From Octopus vulgaris (lineage: Eukaryota), in the NCBI GenBank assembly GCA_951406725.2, contig OX597815.1:192076001-192140000 (forward strand): DNA of 64,000 nucleotides, written 5' to 3'. A model generated the notes under the pieces. It was given only the letters and a program-made list of their open reading frames with translations. It was not told the origin of the DNA and searched no databases. Position 1 is the stretch's first letter; each line of letters begins with the position of its first letter. Positions 1 through 12,717 of the stretch are shown piece after piece. The position numbers and the translations under genes were made by a program.

Positions 1-502
1 ATTTTACTAGTCTTTATTTATTTATTTATGTTTCTCCTGATTTATGGATAAGTTCAGGGTTTGAAGAAAAAAAAAAACAACAAAAAGACTTCTCTTCTCA
101 GCTTCGACTGCTTGATTTTCCAGTCTCTTACTGTAATTCCGTGTTATTGATCGTAAGTGTAAAGTTTTGATTTAAGGGCTTACACCTATCTAACTATATT
201 TGACTTATGTCGTTCTCCCGTGATTCATTTTTATTTTCTTTATGAGAGAGAATATGAAGGGATCGGGAAGAAAGTGGAGGGTGTTTGGTATATGATATTT
301 TCGGTCTCTCCTTCTTTTTATAAAATGGCAAGGAATTCTAATCTGGTTGAAAACCTTTGTAGGTAGGTAACTAACTGTGATTTTTAAAAGACTATAGTTA
401 AATGTACATATATATATATATATAAATAGATGTCTATATGTCTTTTAAAATGACATATTACATATGCATACTCGCATATATGCATGCATACATACACACA
501 TA

Positions 503-970
503 ATCATCATCATCATCATCATTTAACATCTGCTTTCCGTGCTAGCATGGGTTGGATGATTTGCCTGAGGACTGGCGAACCAGATGACTGCACCAGGCTC
601 CAATCTTGATCTGGCAGAGTTTCTACAGCTGGATGCCCTTCCTAATGCCAACTACTCTGAGGGTATAGTGGGTGCTTTTACATGCCACCGGCACGAGGGC
701 CAGTCAGGCGGTACTGGCAACAGCCACGCTCAAATGGTGTTTTTTTTGTGCCACCTGCACAGGAGCCAGTCCAGCGGCACTGGCAATGACTTCATTCAAA
801 TGTATTTCATGTGCCACCAGCACAAGTGCCAGTAAGGTGATGCTGGTAATATTCACGCTCGAATGGTGCTTTTTACATGGCACCAGCACGGAAGCCAGTT
901 TCCTGCTCTGGCAACGATCATGCTTGGATGGTGCTCTTAGCGCTCCACTAGCATGGATGCCAGTCATAAA
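503..970 (-). mobile_element. RTE-tailed SINE (family A; (GAT)n tail, TTAGGAAGGGCATCCAGCTGTAGAAA motif)
   Basis: (CAT)n followed by TTTAACATCTGCTTTCC..GGATGCCCTTCCTAA, with internal GTGCTTTTTACATGCCACC units. The same sequence recurs more than 15 times in the window (e.g. 19918-20260, 22091-22352, 23580-24035, 32660-33415, 43850-44160, 48160-48485, 54540-54880, 62152-62495). Confidence 0.85.
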
Positions 971-1125
971 ACTAGGCATATAAATCTGCACATATACATG
1001 CATACATACATACATATAAAAAAATTCCCTGTTGATGTTAAAACCCAAATGAAGGATTTCTCTATAGACAAGAAATCTTGAAATAAAACTGAATAATGAC
1101 ATACATACATACACACATACACACA

Positions 1126-1519
1126 TCTTCATATATAAAAGTAAGGTTGTGTGCTGTCTGTCTCCTACGATTTAGATTTCTAACTACTCCCACATTTTGC
1201 GGTGCAGTTTAACCAAAACCGGGTATCTTATAGTCATGATTCATATCGAGCTCTTCTGGGTATTAGCGCGCGTCTACGATGAGTCTACGATTTTAAAAAT
1301 AATTTACCATCAATTTTTCCCATTTTTAATGCATTTTTGGCATATATAAGGGAAGTAACTCTCTAAAAGTTTATTATTAAATCTCAGAACGTAAAAAGCT
1401 ACAGTAACACCCCCTTTGTGGTTAGCCATATTGAGATGGCTATTATACTTTACATCTCTAAAAATGCTTATATAGTTATTTCCCTTACAAACCTGAGCAA
1501 CGCCGGGCGATACTGCTAG
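1126..1519 (+). mobile_element. Non-autonomous Helitron
   Basis: Starts A|TC at 1126 and ends CTAG|T at 1519. Subterminal GC-rich hairpin CCTG-agcaacgc-CGGG at 1492-1507. No TSD. These are canonical Helitron termini. Confidence 0.8.
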
Positions 1520-1537
1520 TACATAATACAAATATAC

Positions 1538-1880
1538 ATGATGGCTGCCCCCTCGTTATCGAGTATGGCCATTGCACGATGCTTAACTGTTATTGGTGCT
1601 GTGATCGAATGTGACTTTTTAGCCCAGCCAAAGATCTACAATGTCTTGTACAGAATTGGCAACTAAAACCTTTACCAGTAATAGCCGGCTGTAGTTGTAA
1701 CTGGGCTTCATGTACCTTTGCATGTCGTTTAAGTCCTCCTGCCGAATTACACTCTCTTCCACATGCCTGACAGATATGATTGGTATGGTGTGTTACACCA
1801 CCACCACCAGTGGCCAGGTTGTCATTCATCTGTCTCGCTTTATGACTACGAAGATGACTCTTGAGTCCAGCTACTTTTGA
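1538..1880 (-). mobile_element. 5'-truncated RTE-like LINE 3' end encoding tandem C2H2 zinc fingers
   Basis: ORF 1590..1967(-) contains AGLKSHLRSH, CQACGRECNSAGGLKRHAKVH and CQFCTRHCRSLAGLKSHIRSQH*. This matches the RTE C-terminal CxxCxRxCxSxxGLxSHxR finger. A short 3' UTR ends GGCAGCCATCAT. The ORF N-terminus is microsatellite. Confidence 0.7.
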
Positions 1881-1954
1881 TAAATATACATACATACATA
1901 CACATAGTGTATTTGTGTGTTTGAAGTAGTGTACAGGTATAATATATAATAAAA

Positions 1955-2090
1955 GAGAGGTTGTCAAACTCTTTGATAGTTATTTATTTTGTGCTTTCAT
2001 CTCGTTTCAGAGATTCATCAGAAATGGTGATTCTCAGAAACAAGATGAAAGAGCTGAATAATTAATTATTCAAAACTCTAACTACCTCCT
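1955..2090. repeat. Degenerate inverted repeat (hairpin element) with GAAA loop at 2021-2024
   Basis: CTTTCATCTCGTTTCAGAGATTCATCA-gaaa-TGGTGATTCTCAGAAACAAGATGAAAG. Weaker complementarity extends out to GAGGTTGT...ACTACCTC. Confidence 0.7.
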
Positions 2091-2601
2091 TTTCCTTAAT
2101 ATATCACAGTTTCACAGTATCAGCCAGACCATCAGATGCTGTTATACACCACTGGTCACAGTGCGTTTTCAATTTTGTCTTGATTCTGCCTTTCTTTTCC
2201 ATCTTGTCCAAGATTGTTTGACTAAATTGTTTTCCCAGTGCTGCTGGACAATACCAGTGCTGCCTGACTTATGCCAGTGCCGCCTGACTGGTTCCCATGC
2301 TGGTGGTACATAAAAAGCACCATTCAAGTGTGGTCAATGCCAGTGCTGCTGATTGGTTCCTGTCCCATAGCACATAAAAAGCACTATTTGAGCATAGTTG
2401 ATGCCAGTTCCGCCTGACTGACTCCGTGCTGATGGCATACAAAATGTACCCACTACACTCTCAGAGTGGTTAGTGTTAGGGAGGGCATCAGATTGGGGCC
2501 TGGTGTAGTCTCCCGGCTTGCCAGTCCTCAGCCAAACCGTTCAACCCATGCCAGCTTGGAAGATGGATGTTAAACAATGATGATGATGATGACTTAAAAT
2601 T

Positions 2602-2920
2602 GTAAAGACCCCCTTCGGTCATAAATGACCATGGGATTGGACCTAGAAAGTTACCCTCCAAGGTACAAGTCTGGGCAAGGTTTTTTTTATGGAACACCCA
2701 GCAGTCACCCATGCATGCCAGTCCCTGCTCTCCATGCCACTGATGTTATCCAAGGGAAAAACAAAGGGGTCGATACAGCTTGGCCCCAGTGATGCTGCAA
2801 CTCATCTCTACAGCTGAGTGAACTGCAACAACCTAAAATGAAGTTTCTTGATTAAGAACACAACACACAGCCCAGTCCGGGAATAGAACTCACTACCTCA
2901 GGATTGTGAGCATAATGCTC
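2602..2920 (-). mobile_element. tRNA-derived SINE (family D, 5'-truncated)
   Basis: Matches the fuller copies at 24108-24448(-) and 56392-56745(+). Confidence 0.8.
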
Positions 2921-3948
2921 TAAATGGATTGGACGATTTGACTGAGGACTGGTGAACCAGATGGTTGCACCAGGCTCCAATCTAATCTGGCAGAGTTTCT
3001 ACAGTTGGATGCCCTTCCTAATGCCAACCACTCTGAGAGTGTAGTGGGTGCTTTTACGTGTATGTGCATGTGTGTTTGTATGTATATATACATGTGTGCA
3101 TTGTTATATATATACACGTGTATTGTTATATATATATACACGTGTACATACATACACACACACACACACATGTGTACATATATGTACACATAGAGGCTTC
3201 TTTCAGTTTCTGTTTAACAAAGGATTTGGTTGGCCTTGTAGAACACCCTAACCCAAGGTTCCATGCATTGGGAGTGAATCTGAGACCACATAGTTCAGAA
3301 GCAAATTCCTTAACCACATAACAATATACACATGTCTGTCTGTCTGTCTATCTATCTAAATGTATGTATGTATGCATCCATCTATCTGTCTGTCTGTCTA
3401 CATATATATATATATATAGATAGATATACATACATACATATGCATACACATACTTCACACACACACACACATAAAGATACATATATACACACATACTATA
3501 TATAGAGATATATAGATATACATAGATACATATGCATACATCCATCCATCCATATGAGAATTGGAAACTCAGAATATTTTGCTTTTTTTGTTAGCTGTTT
3601 GGTAATTTAAGACAGTTTGGAACCCAAGTATGGCGCCTGGGTGTTGAAGTTGAGGCTTACCAAACAATCTGATCTACTTTGTACGTTGAACGGAAAAAAA
3701 AAGGAAAAGGAACCAAAATTGTTGGTTATATGTCCGAAACACTGTAAATGCTAATGTAATGTAGCGCACAAAGCCTTTGGTTCCAAGCCAAAATCTCTGT
3801 CAATTAAGCAAGTCTCATTTCAGTTCTGTGATATAGCGTTAACATGGTAATGCTGGATGTGAAATCTATGCAAGTGAAAATGAATAATGAACTCAAAAGT
3901 AGCGTAAACCTTGCCAATTTGCAATGCATCTTGGTGGCCCTAGATAAA

Positions 3949-3979
<31 letters not shown>

Positions 3980-4225
3980 TGTTGTTTTAGCTGTTGTTCA
4001 GTCATGAGTTGGTCTTCATTGGAGCTGCCAAACGAGCAAAGGAGTTCTGGCCATGACTATCCAGCCTTTCTCAATGTGATTCTCCGTATTATGATTGAGA
4101 TTTGGCTGCTAATTCAAACTGGTCAGTTGAGCTCCTGCATAAATGCTCTCTCATTAGCGCTGACTACTACTACCACTACTACTACTGCTGCTGCCACTGC
4201 CACCCCCAAAACCACCACCACCACC

Positions 4226-4259
<34 letters not shown>

Positions 4260-4497
4260 ACAGCAGCAGTAGTAGTAGCACTAGTTGTTTTTTCTGTCGT
4301 TCAATTCTGACTGGCCTTGATTGAGTTGCCAAAAGAGCAAAGGAATTCCAGCCGTGACCATCCACCCTTTGCTTATGTTGAGGATTTCATTATTCAGTGT
4401 GAGTCTCCATTATATTATGACGAAGATTTGGCTGTTGTTTCTAGTCAGTCAATCAAGCAACTGCCTAGAAAAACCTTCATTAGTGTATATCAAGTAT

Positions 4498-4810
4498 ATG
4501 AAGGTGCATGGCTTAGTGGTTAAGGTTGTTGCTCTCCCAATCATGAGATCGTGATTTCAGTTCTCCGGCCCAGTGGTCCATTGTGTTCTTGAGCAAAACA
4601 CTTACTTTCATGCTGTTATGTGACCATTTCAATATCCCCGATGTGGTACACTTGTATACCTGTACAGGTAATGTCAATTTGATGGATGGAGTGAGCTTAG
4701 ATGCTACACAAAAGATATGATCGCTATAAACAAATCATTTGCATGGCTATTTGACAAGGAATTACAGAGCCCTCAACCATTATTTAACAACAGGAGAGTT
4801 GATAACCACA
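4498..4810 (+). mobile_element. Older tRNA-derived CORE-like SINE
   Basis: Head TGAAGGTGCATGGCTTAGTGGTTAAGG (A box), followed by TTCTTGAGCAAAACACTT (CORE-like). Confidence 0.6.
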
Positions 4811-5050
4811 ACCCTCGATTCAATAACATTGTGTATAAACTCGATACTTGGAATGACCAATTTTTAATACTATTGGATTTTACTCATAAGGTATTGGAAT
4901 CTTATATGTATACCATTCTACCTAAAAAAAATGGATCTACAAATGCAATATCCCTACATATCTCACATCTATTTTCTTTTATTTCCTCAATTTCACGCTC
5001 TATTTTATATCTTATCTAAATTAACTATTATTTAACCATCCTCTCACACC

Positions 5051-5098
5051 GTCTCCAATGAAGGGATATAATAGATATCCTAGAAACAGCTGTAAGAC
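5051..5098 (+). ncRNA. Minimal type-I hammerhead ribozyme motif with mutated core (Penelope-like pLTR remnant)
   Basis: GTCT-CCAATGA-A-GGGATAT-aatag-ATATCCT-A-GAAAC-agct-GTA-AGAC. Stem I is GTCT/AGAC, stem II is 7 bp, stem III is the palindrome ACAGCTGT. CUGAUGA is changed to CCAAUGA. The module ends at (TA)n around 5163. Confidence 0.75.
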
Positions 5099-5486
5099 CT
5101 ATCTATAAATGTTCTAAAATTTACACAACCTTGGTTTTTTTATCTCATTACGAAAAAAATTTATATATATATATAGTATGCCTGATTGGCACCTGTGCCA
5201 GTGGAACATTAAGATAGCAATTTAAATGTAATAGAATGTTTAAGAAAAAATTTAAAGTGCCTACGTGATAACTGTAAACCTACTTTTGGGTCACCCTATA
5301 TATATATATATATATATATATACGTTTAAATATTGGCTAAACTGGCAATATGACCATTCCGAAATATAACAATATATATATATATATAGTTATTTAAAAT
5401 TGAATAAGGGTAGAAATTGATATTAATCATTTAAAACCAGTGGCCTAACATATTAAAAAAATCCGAAGATTAAAATATTTTATACT

Positions 5487-5660
5487 TACAAAATTTAAAG
5501 GACTGACCACAAAAAATGGACAGTCAATATGCTAGATATAGACGTCAAAATCGCTATGTTTTTTCTTGAGAACACATTCTTCATGGAAAATAGCGATTTT
5601 GACGTCTATATCTAGCATATTGACTGTCCGTTTTTAGTGGTCAGTCCTTTAAATTTTGTA
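5487..5660. repeat. Hairpin element: 71-bp inverted arms, 32-nt loop, in (TA)n context
   Basis: 5487-5557 is the reverse complement of 5590-5660 with about 2 mismatches. Confidence 0.9.
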
Positions 5661-5747
5661 TGTATATAGTTATGTATATAAATATGTATATATATATATA
5701 TATATATTTGTATACACATACACACACACATATGTATATGCACTCAT

Positions 5748-5784
<37 letters not shown>

Positions 5785-6028
5785 AGTGGTCTGGCTCATT
5801 GCTTCTTGTTGACCTCTCAGCTAAATTTGAACTCTCAAGCACCCAGTTTGACGAACCACCATCCGTAAACTTCCAACACCTTGCTGACTGACTGTTTAAC
5901 CACATTAACAAATTTGGCCAGTGTTACGATAACGGTGGGGTGGGAGTGTAGCGGGACGAGGGGGGGATTATGAAAGAGGGTATGGGTGGTAGGGGTGGGG
6001 ATGGTGTGTGTGTGAGGATTCTATCCAG

Positions 6029-6294
6029 ATGATTACAATGCAGTACCGCACTGCATTGTACCGAGTGGCACAGACCAAGACAGAAGCTGCCGTTTCCACT
6101 GGAGGCAGTTTAGATCAAGCCTGTCTGCGTACCTTGATGAACTCAGCGCAGTACAAGTTATAGCACGGTACAGAACCGTAAACTCAGCTCCTGCGCTCAG
6201 AACAATGGAAGAAGGCAGAACCGCTAAAACGGAGAGGGTGGAGAGCAGAGTGCGGTTGGTTGGACGTGGCGGTGGCGGTGGTACTGGTGCTGGG
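6029..6294. other. Unique non-repetitive island; candidate exon (strand unresolved)
   Basis: On +: CCAG|AT at 6029, an 88-codon open frame (DYNAVPHCIVPSGTDQDRSCRFHW...GGGGTGAG), then GGG|GTAAGA at 6295. On -: a long U-rich tract ending CTTACCCCAG| near 6290, then an open frame to a stop at 6033. No recognisable domain. Confidence 0.3.
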
Positions 6295-6769
6295 GTAAGA
6301 ACAAACAGAAAAACAAACAAACAAACAAACAAACGTGCAAACAAACGGACAGACATGAATACAAGAGACTCAGCTTTATGAAAGATAAGTCGGTGCGTGT
6401 TATACACAAGAGAAAAAAGTTCCATCCAGCTAATGTTTAACATTCAGCGAGTGTGTATGGTGGGGGGATGGAGAGCAAATGCCCAAAACAAAAAGAACTT
6501 CACATTGTGAGGAATTTTTTCCCATGACAAAAGTATAGAAGTATGTGTTTGGTGTTTGTTTGGATGGTAGGTATAATTAGGAATCTCTGCATTATTTTAT
6601 GCAACTAACCGATTTTTTTGTTTGTGTGTGTGTGATTGCGTTAGCTTCTTGTGAATGCTTTAATTTCTTTTGTGTGTGCGCTCGCTGCAAAAATGTATGC
6701 GTGTGTGAGTGTGTGTGGATGTGTGTATACAGATACATTTTTGCAACTAGCCTGTCCCCCCCCACATAC

Positions 6770-8044
6770 ATGCACATTAATGTACACACACATACACACA
6801 CTCACACACAGACATACACATACAAACATATACACACAAACACACTCATACACATACACACACACTCAAACACACAGAAAATCACACACACATATAGACA
6901 AATACAGACACTCACACACACACACACACACAAGCACACTTACACACTGATACACACATGCACACTCACACATACACACATACACACACACATATCCACA
7001 TGCATAATTTCTACAGCCAGTGCACACACATATGTACACACACTGACACACACATACACATCCACATGCATTATTTCTACCGCCAGTGCAGGCACACATT
7101 TATATGCACACACACATTTATATGCACACACATGCACACATACATTATTTCTACAGCCAGTGCATGCACACACACGCATCCACATACATTATTTCTGTAG
7201 CCAGTGCACACACACACATTTACATGCACACACACACACACACACACACGCGCGCAGATCCTAAGGGGAACAGTGTTCCCTCATGTACTCCCCAACCCCC
7301 ATCCCTAGTATGATTGCACTCATTTACTTGCTCATAAGGTCAGGCAGAGCTCCTTATGGAACAAACTCTCAAAAAAGGGAGTTTCTTCTTCTGTCTTTCT
7401 TTCTCTCCCTAACCCCTTTTTTCTTTTTCAAGGCTTCAATAACATAAATTTTTAGTCAAATAATATTAAATTAACCAAAAGAAAAACAAAAAAAAAAAAA
7501 AAGAAACCGAAAAAACATCATACAAACAAAACAAAGGAAAACCAACAAACAAACAAAAAAAAACAAGATTTTCTTTGTAACATTTTGTTTGTTGTTGATG
7601 TTTATGATGTTGTTGTTGTTGTTGTTGTTGTTTTCCAAATTTCTTTGTCTTATCTTTGTGATTCTTCTCCATCTTCTCCCATCCTTTCCTCCTCTTTGCC
7701 TGCTCTTTTGTCTTGCATTTGTGATTCTTTAAATGAGATTATTGCATCTGCTGTGGTTTCCCCGTCACTCTCTCTCTCCCCCTCTCTCTTTCTCTCTCTC
7801 TCTCCTCTCTCTCCCCTTCTCTCTCTCTCTCCTCTCTCTCCCCTTCTCTCTCTCTCTCTCTCCTTCTTACTCTCAGTCTATCTCTCCTCACCACTTTGTC
7901 TGTCTGTCTGTTTTCTTTTTCTCTCTCTCTTTCTCAGCTGATCTCTCTTCCAACCATTTTGTCTGTCTGTCTGTCTGTCTGTCGCCTTTCTCTCTCTCTC
8001 TCCTCCCAGTCTATCTCTTTTCCCACCACTTTGTCTGTCTGTCA

Positions 8045-8084
<40 letters not shown>

Positions 8085-8505
8085 TCAGTATCTCTCTTTC
8101 CCTCAGTCTATCTCTCTCCCTACTACTTTGTCTGTTTTCTCTCCCTCTCTCTTTCTCAACTGATCTCTATTCCAACCATTTTGTCTGTCTGTCTGTCTGA
8201 CACCTTTCTCTCTCTCTCTCTCTCTCTCTCTCCTCCCAGTCTATCTCTCTTCCCACCACTTTGTCTGTCTGTCAGTTCTATCTCTCTTTCCCTCAGTATC
8301 TCTCTCTCTCTATCTATCTATCTCTCTTTCCCTCAGTCTATCTCTCTCCCTACTACTTCGTCTGTTCTCTCTCCCTCTCTCTTTCTCAACTGATCTCTAT
8401 TCCAATCATTTTGTCTGTCTGTCTGTCTGTATCTCTCTCCCTCCTTCCAGTCTGTCTTTCTTCCCACTACTTTGTCTGTCTGTCTGTTTTCTATCTATCT
8501 ATCTG

Positions 8506-8556
<51 letters not shown>

Positions 8557-8979
8557 GTCTCTTTCTCTCTGTCTACTTCTCTTATTTATTCCCTCTGTCT
8601 GTCTGTCTATCCATATAAAAGCTCACTGCCATGAGCCAATAAGGGAGCCACCATGTCGTTGCTCAACTTATTACTAGAAATAGTAGCCAAACTCTCCCTC
8701 ACATCCTACCATCTTAAATAAATAATAAGGATAACAAGGGACACAATACTACATGCAGAGGTCAAAGCAAAAAAAAAATGCATGGTTGTATATAGAATGC
8801 CTTTGATCAGAGAGACCTGCTACATCAAAGCTGACCTGGGGTTAAATGACAACAACAACAACAACTGTATTTCCTTCATTATAGGTAAAACAAAATCAAG
8901 GTGGGTTTGGATCTAAAGTTGCAAATTATGTAAATAATCATCACCACTATCATCGTCATGGTGACCATCATCATGCTGT

Positions 8980-9011
<32 letters not shown>

Positions 9012-9965
9012 CCATCGTCACCATCTCCATCATCATCATCACCATCATCACCATCATCATCACCATCATCATCATCATCACTATCACCATTTTCATTATT
9101 TATTCTCCTCCTCCTCATCATCATCATGGTTGCCATCGTCATCATAATCATCATCATCACTATCACCATTGTCATATTTATCCTCCTCCTCCTCCTCATC
9201 ATCATCATTATTGCCATCGTCATCATAATCATCATCATCATCACTATCACTATTGTCGTATTTATCCTCCTCCACCTCTTCCTCCGCCTCCTCCTCCTCA
9301 TCATCATCATCACTACCACACCACCTGCATCGTCATCATCATCATCAGCAGCAGCAGCAGCAAGGAAAAGCAATAAGAATACATTTTATATTTTGTTCTG
9401 TATCATATTTTCCCCACCCACCCCCACCCTAAGATGAACCAGTAAGGGAACCTCTGTGTGTTCACTCTCACTGCTAGACATAGCAACCAAATCTCTGTTA
9501 GTTCATACTGTGTCCGCTTTTAAAAAAACAAAAAGGAAATGGAAGAAAAACAAAAAAAACAAGCATGACATATCAGGACTAAGTCACCCTAGATATACAA
9601 AACAGACAGGGTGGTTATGACCGGAACCCCTTCGGATTATAGGTGTGTTCAACCTTGTTTGACCAGGGGCAAAACAACAATCACCTCAAAAATGATAAGA
9701 ACATGAGGAGAAAACAATTATGTTTTTTTTTATAGAAACTCTATTTTATGAAATAATTGAACTAGAAACAAAAGAAGACGGTTGACAAGAACACTGAGAA
9801 TAATATGAAACCCTGAGGGAAGCTAAATGGAGTGGCTTAACATGCAGCTAGAAATAGCAGTCAGAAGATTTTTCTTCCAATCTATTTGTCTGTCTGTCTG
9901 TATGTATGTATGTATGTATTTATGTCTATCTACCTGTATATCTATCTACCTGTATATCTATCTAC

Positions 9966-10017
<52 letters not shown>

Positions 10018-10160
10018 ATACGTCTGTCTGTCTGTCTATCTGTCTGTCTATCTTTCTATCTGTCTGTCTAAGTCTGTGTGTGTGTGTGTCTGTCTATCTA
10101 TCTATCTATCTATCTATCTGTCTGTCTGTCTGTCTATCTATCGATCTGTCGATCTGTCGC

Positions 10161-10219
<59 letters not shown>

Positions 10220-10601
10220 GTCTGTCTGTCTATCTTTCTGTCTGTCTATCTTTCTATCTGTCTGTCTGTCTATCTTTCTGTCTGTCTATCTTTCTATCTG
10301 TCTGTCTGTCGATCTGTCTGTCTGTCTATCTTTCTATCTGTCTATCTTTCTATCTATCTATCAATATAAGTCTGTCTGTCTACTTGTCTATCTATCTGTC
10401 TGTCTGTCTATCTATTTGTGTGTGTGTGTGTATGTATGTATGTGTGTCTGTCTGTCAGTCAATCTCTCTGTGTATCTGTCTCTCCACATATATAAATACA
10501 GCAAACATAAGCATTACATACATACATATACACATACATATACACACACATATATACATATGCATCAACAGGCATACACACATGTATATATAAACAGACA
10601 G

Positions 10602-10637
<36 letters not shown>

Positions 10638-12334
10638 TCATCTATATGTATATGATAATTCCTTGACTTGTATTCTGCTAGTTAGGATGGCTATTTCCTT
10701 TATCTGTAGAATATATCTTGAGAATATCTTTCAATTTACTTTTTTACCTTTCCTGCTCTCTGTACGAAGAACACCAGAGGCGGAGGAGGGGGGGGGGGGA
10801 GATGTCGATTATTGGGAAAATTTAGTGGGTTGGAGGCAGGGGGTAGGAGAGGGTGGTAGTGGTGGTGGGGGGAACAATGAATCTTACCTTATTATCTTAG
10901 AAAAAGGTAAAAAAAAAAAAACCAAAACAAACAAAAAAAAAAGAAAAAGAAAGGAATGGAGATATACAGGAGTTAATGTAAGTCTTAGACACATTGTGTC
11001 TGAAGGAAAAGATGGGATGGGCACACCTGGAGTGTCTTTGAGCAATCTGTTCAATGAAGGAGTTATGCTATGATAGTAAAAACAACAACAAAACAACAAC
11101 CTTGAATAACTAAAAAGGAGACAGGATAAAGAGAGAGTGAGAGAGAGTGAGAGTGAGAGAGAGAGACAGTGAGAGAGAGTGAGAGTGAGAGAGAGAGACA
11201 GTGAGAGAGAGTGAGAGAGAGAGCGAGAGAGAGAGAGAAAACTATGTATTCTCTGTCTACATCTCTGTGTGTTTGTCAGTGTGTGTGTTAGTGTGTAAGT
11301 GTTAGCGTGTATGTGTGTGTCTTAGTGTGTGGGTGTCAGTGCGTGGGTTTTAAGAAATGTATCTTTGTGGATGTGTGTGTTAGTGTATGTGCATGAATGT
11401 GTGTGTGTATGTTAGTGTGTGTGAGTATGTGTGTTAGTGTATACGTGTATGTGTGACTCTCTGGGTGTGTATATGTGCATTTATATATGTGTGTGCATGA
11501 ATGTGTGTGTGTATGTTGTGTGTGTGAGTATGTGTGTTAGTGTATACGTGTATGTGTGACTCTCTGGGTGTGTATATGTGCATTTATATATGTGTGTGTG
11601 TGTGTGTATGTTAGTGTGTGTGAGTATGTGTGTTAGTGTATACGTGTATGTGTGACTCTCTGGGTGTGTATATGTGCATTTATATATGTGTGTGCATGAA
11701 TGTGTGTGTGTATGTTAGTGTGTGTGTGTTAGTGTATATGTGTATGTGTGACTTTCTGGGTGTGTATATGTGCATTTATATATATGTGTGTGTGTGTACC
11801 TCTATCATTGAACCGTCCCAGTAGTAGCTGGATTAGGTGTAAGGATGTAAATGGGTTAGCTCCCCCTGACTTCATTGTAGTTGTAGTTGTGGTGGTGGTG
11901 GTGGTGGTGGTGGTGGTGGCGGTGGTGGTTTAATTACTTCAACAATAATCCGAGAGAATGAAAAGAGGGGGAGGAGGCATTTCCAGTAGGAAATGAATCT
12001 TCACCACCGCCACCATCACCACTGCCACCACCGCCACTATCTCTGCTGCTATTCCCTACTCCCCAAAGCCCATCCAACCCCACCCCACCCCAGCCCTGCC
12101 CTGCCATTCACCAAATTTCCCCCCAGTCTCATCATCACCCACCGCCTCCTGTTCTCTTCCTAATGTGAGCAGGAAAAGTGAAGAGAAATTTTGAAAGATA
12201 TTCTTTAAGTATATTAATATATTGCACAGATGAAGGAAATGGCCATCATATCTATCAGAATATAAGCTATCAGATATATATATATATATATATATACATA
12301 CATAGATACATACATACATACATACATACATAAA

Positions 12335-12379
<45 letters not shown>

Positions 12380-12426
12380 TCATACATGCATACATGTATA
12401 TATATATATGTATATATGTATATGTA

Positions 12427-12470
<44 letters not shown>

Positions 12471-12510
12471 TACATGCATACATATATAAATATATGTATA
12501 TATGTGTGTG

Positions 12511-12549
<39 letters not shown>

Positions 12550-12585
12550 GCATACATATATAAATATATGTATATATATGTGTGT

Positions 12586-12626
<41 letters not shown>

Positions 12627-12651
12627 TACATGCAAATATATAAATATATGT

Positions 12652-12717
<66 letters not shown>

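Noticed and set aside
2000-2025. CTGATGA..GAAAC on the minus strand
   Set aside because: No usable stem II and no UH cleavage site. It is part of a hairpin arm.
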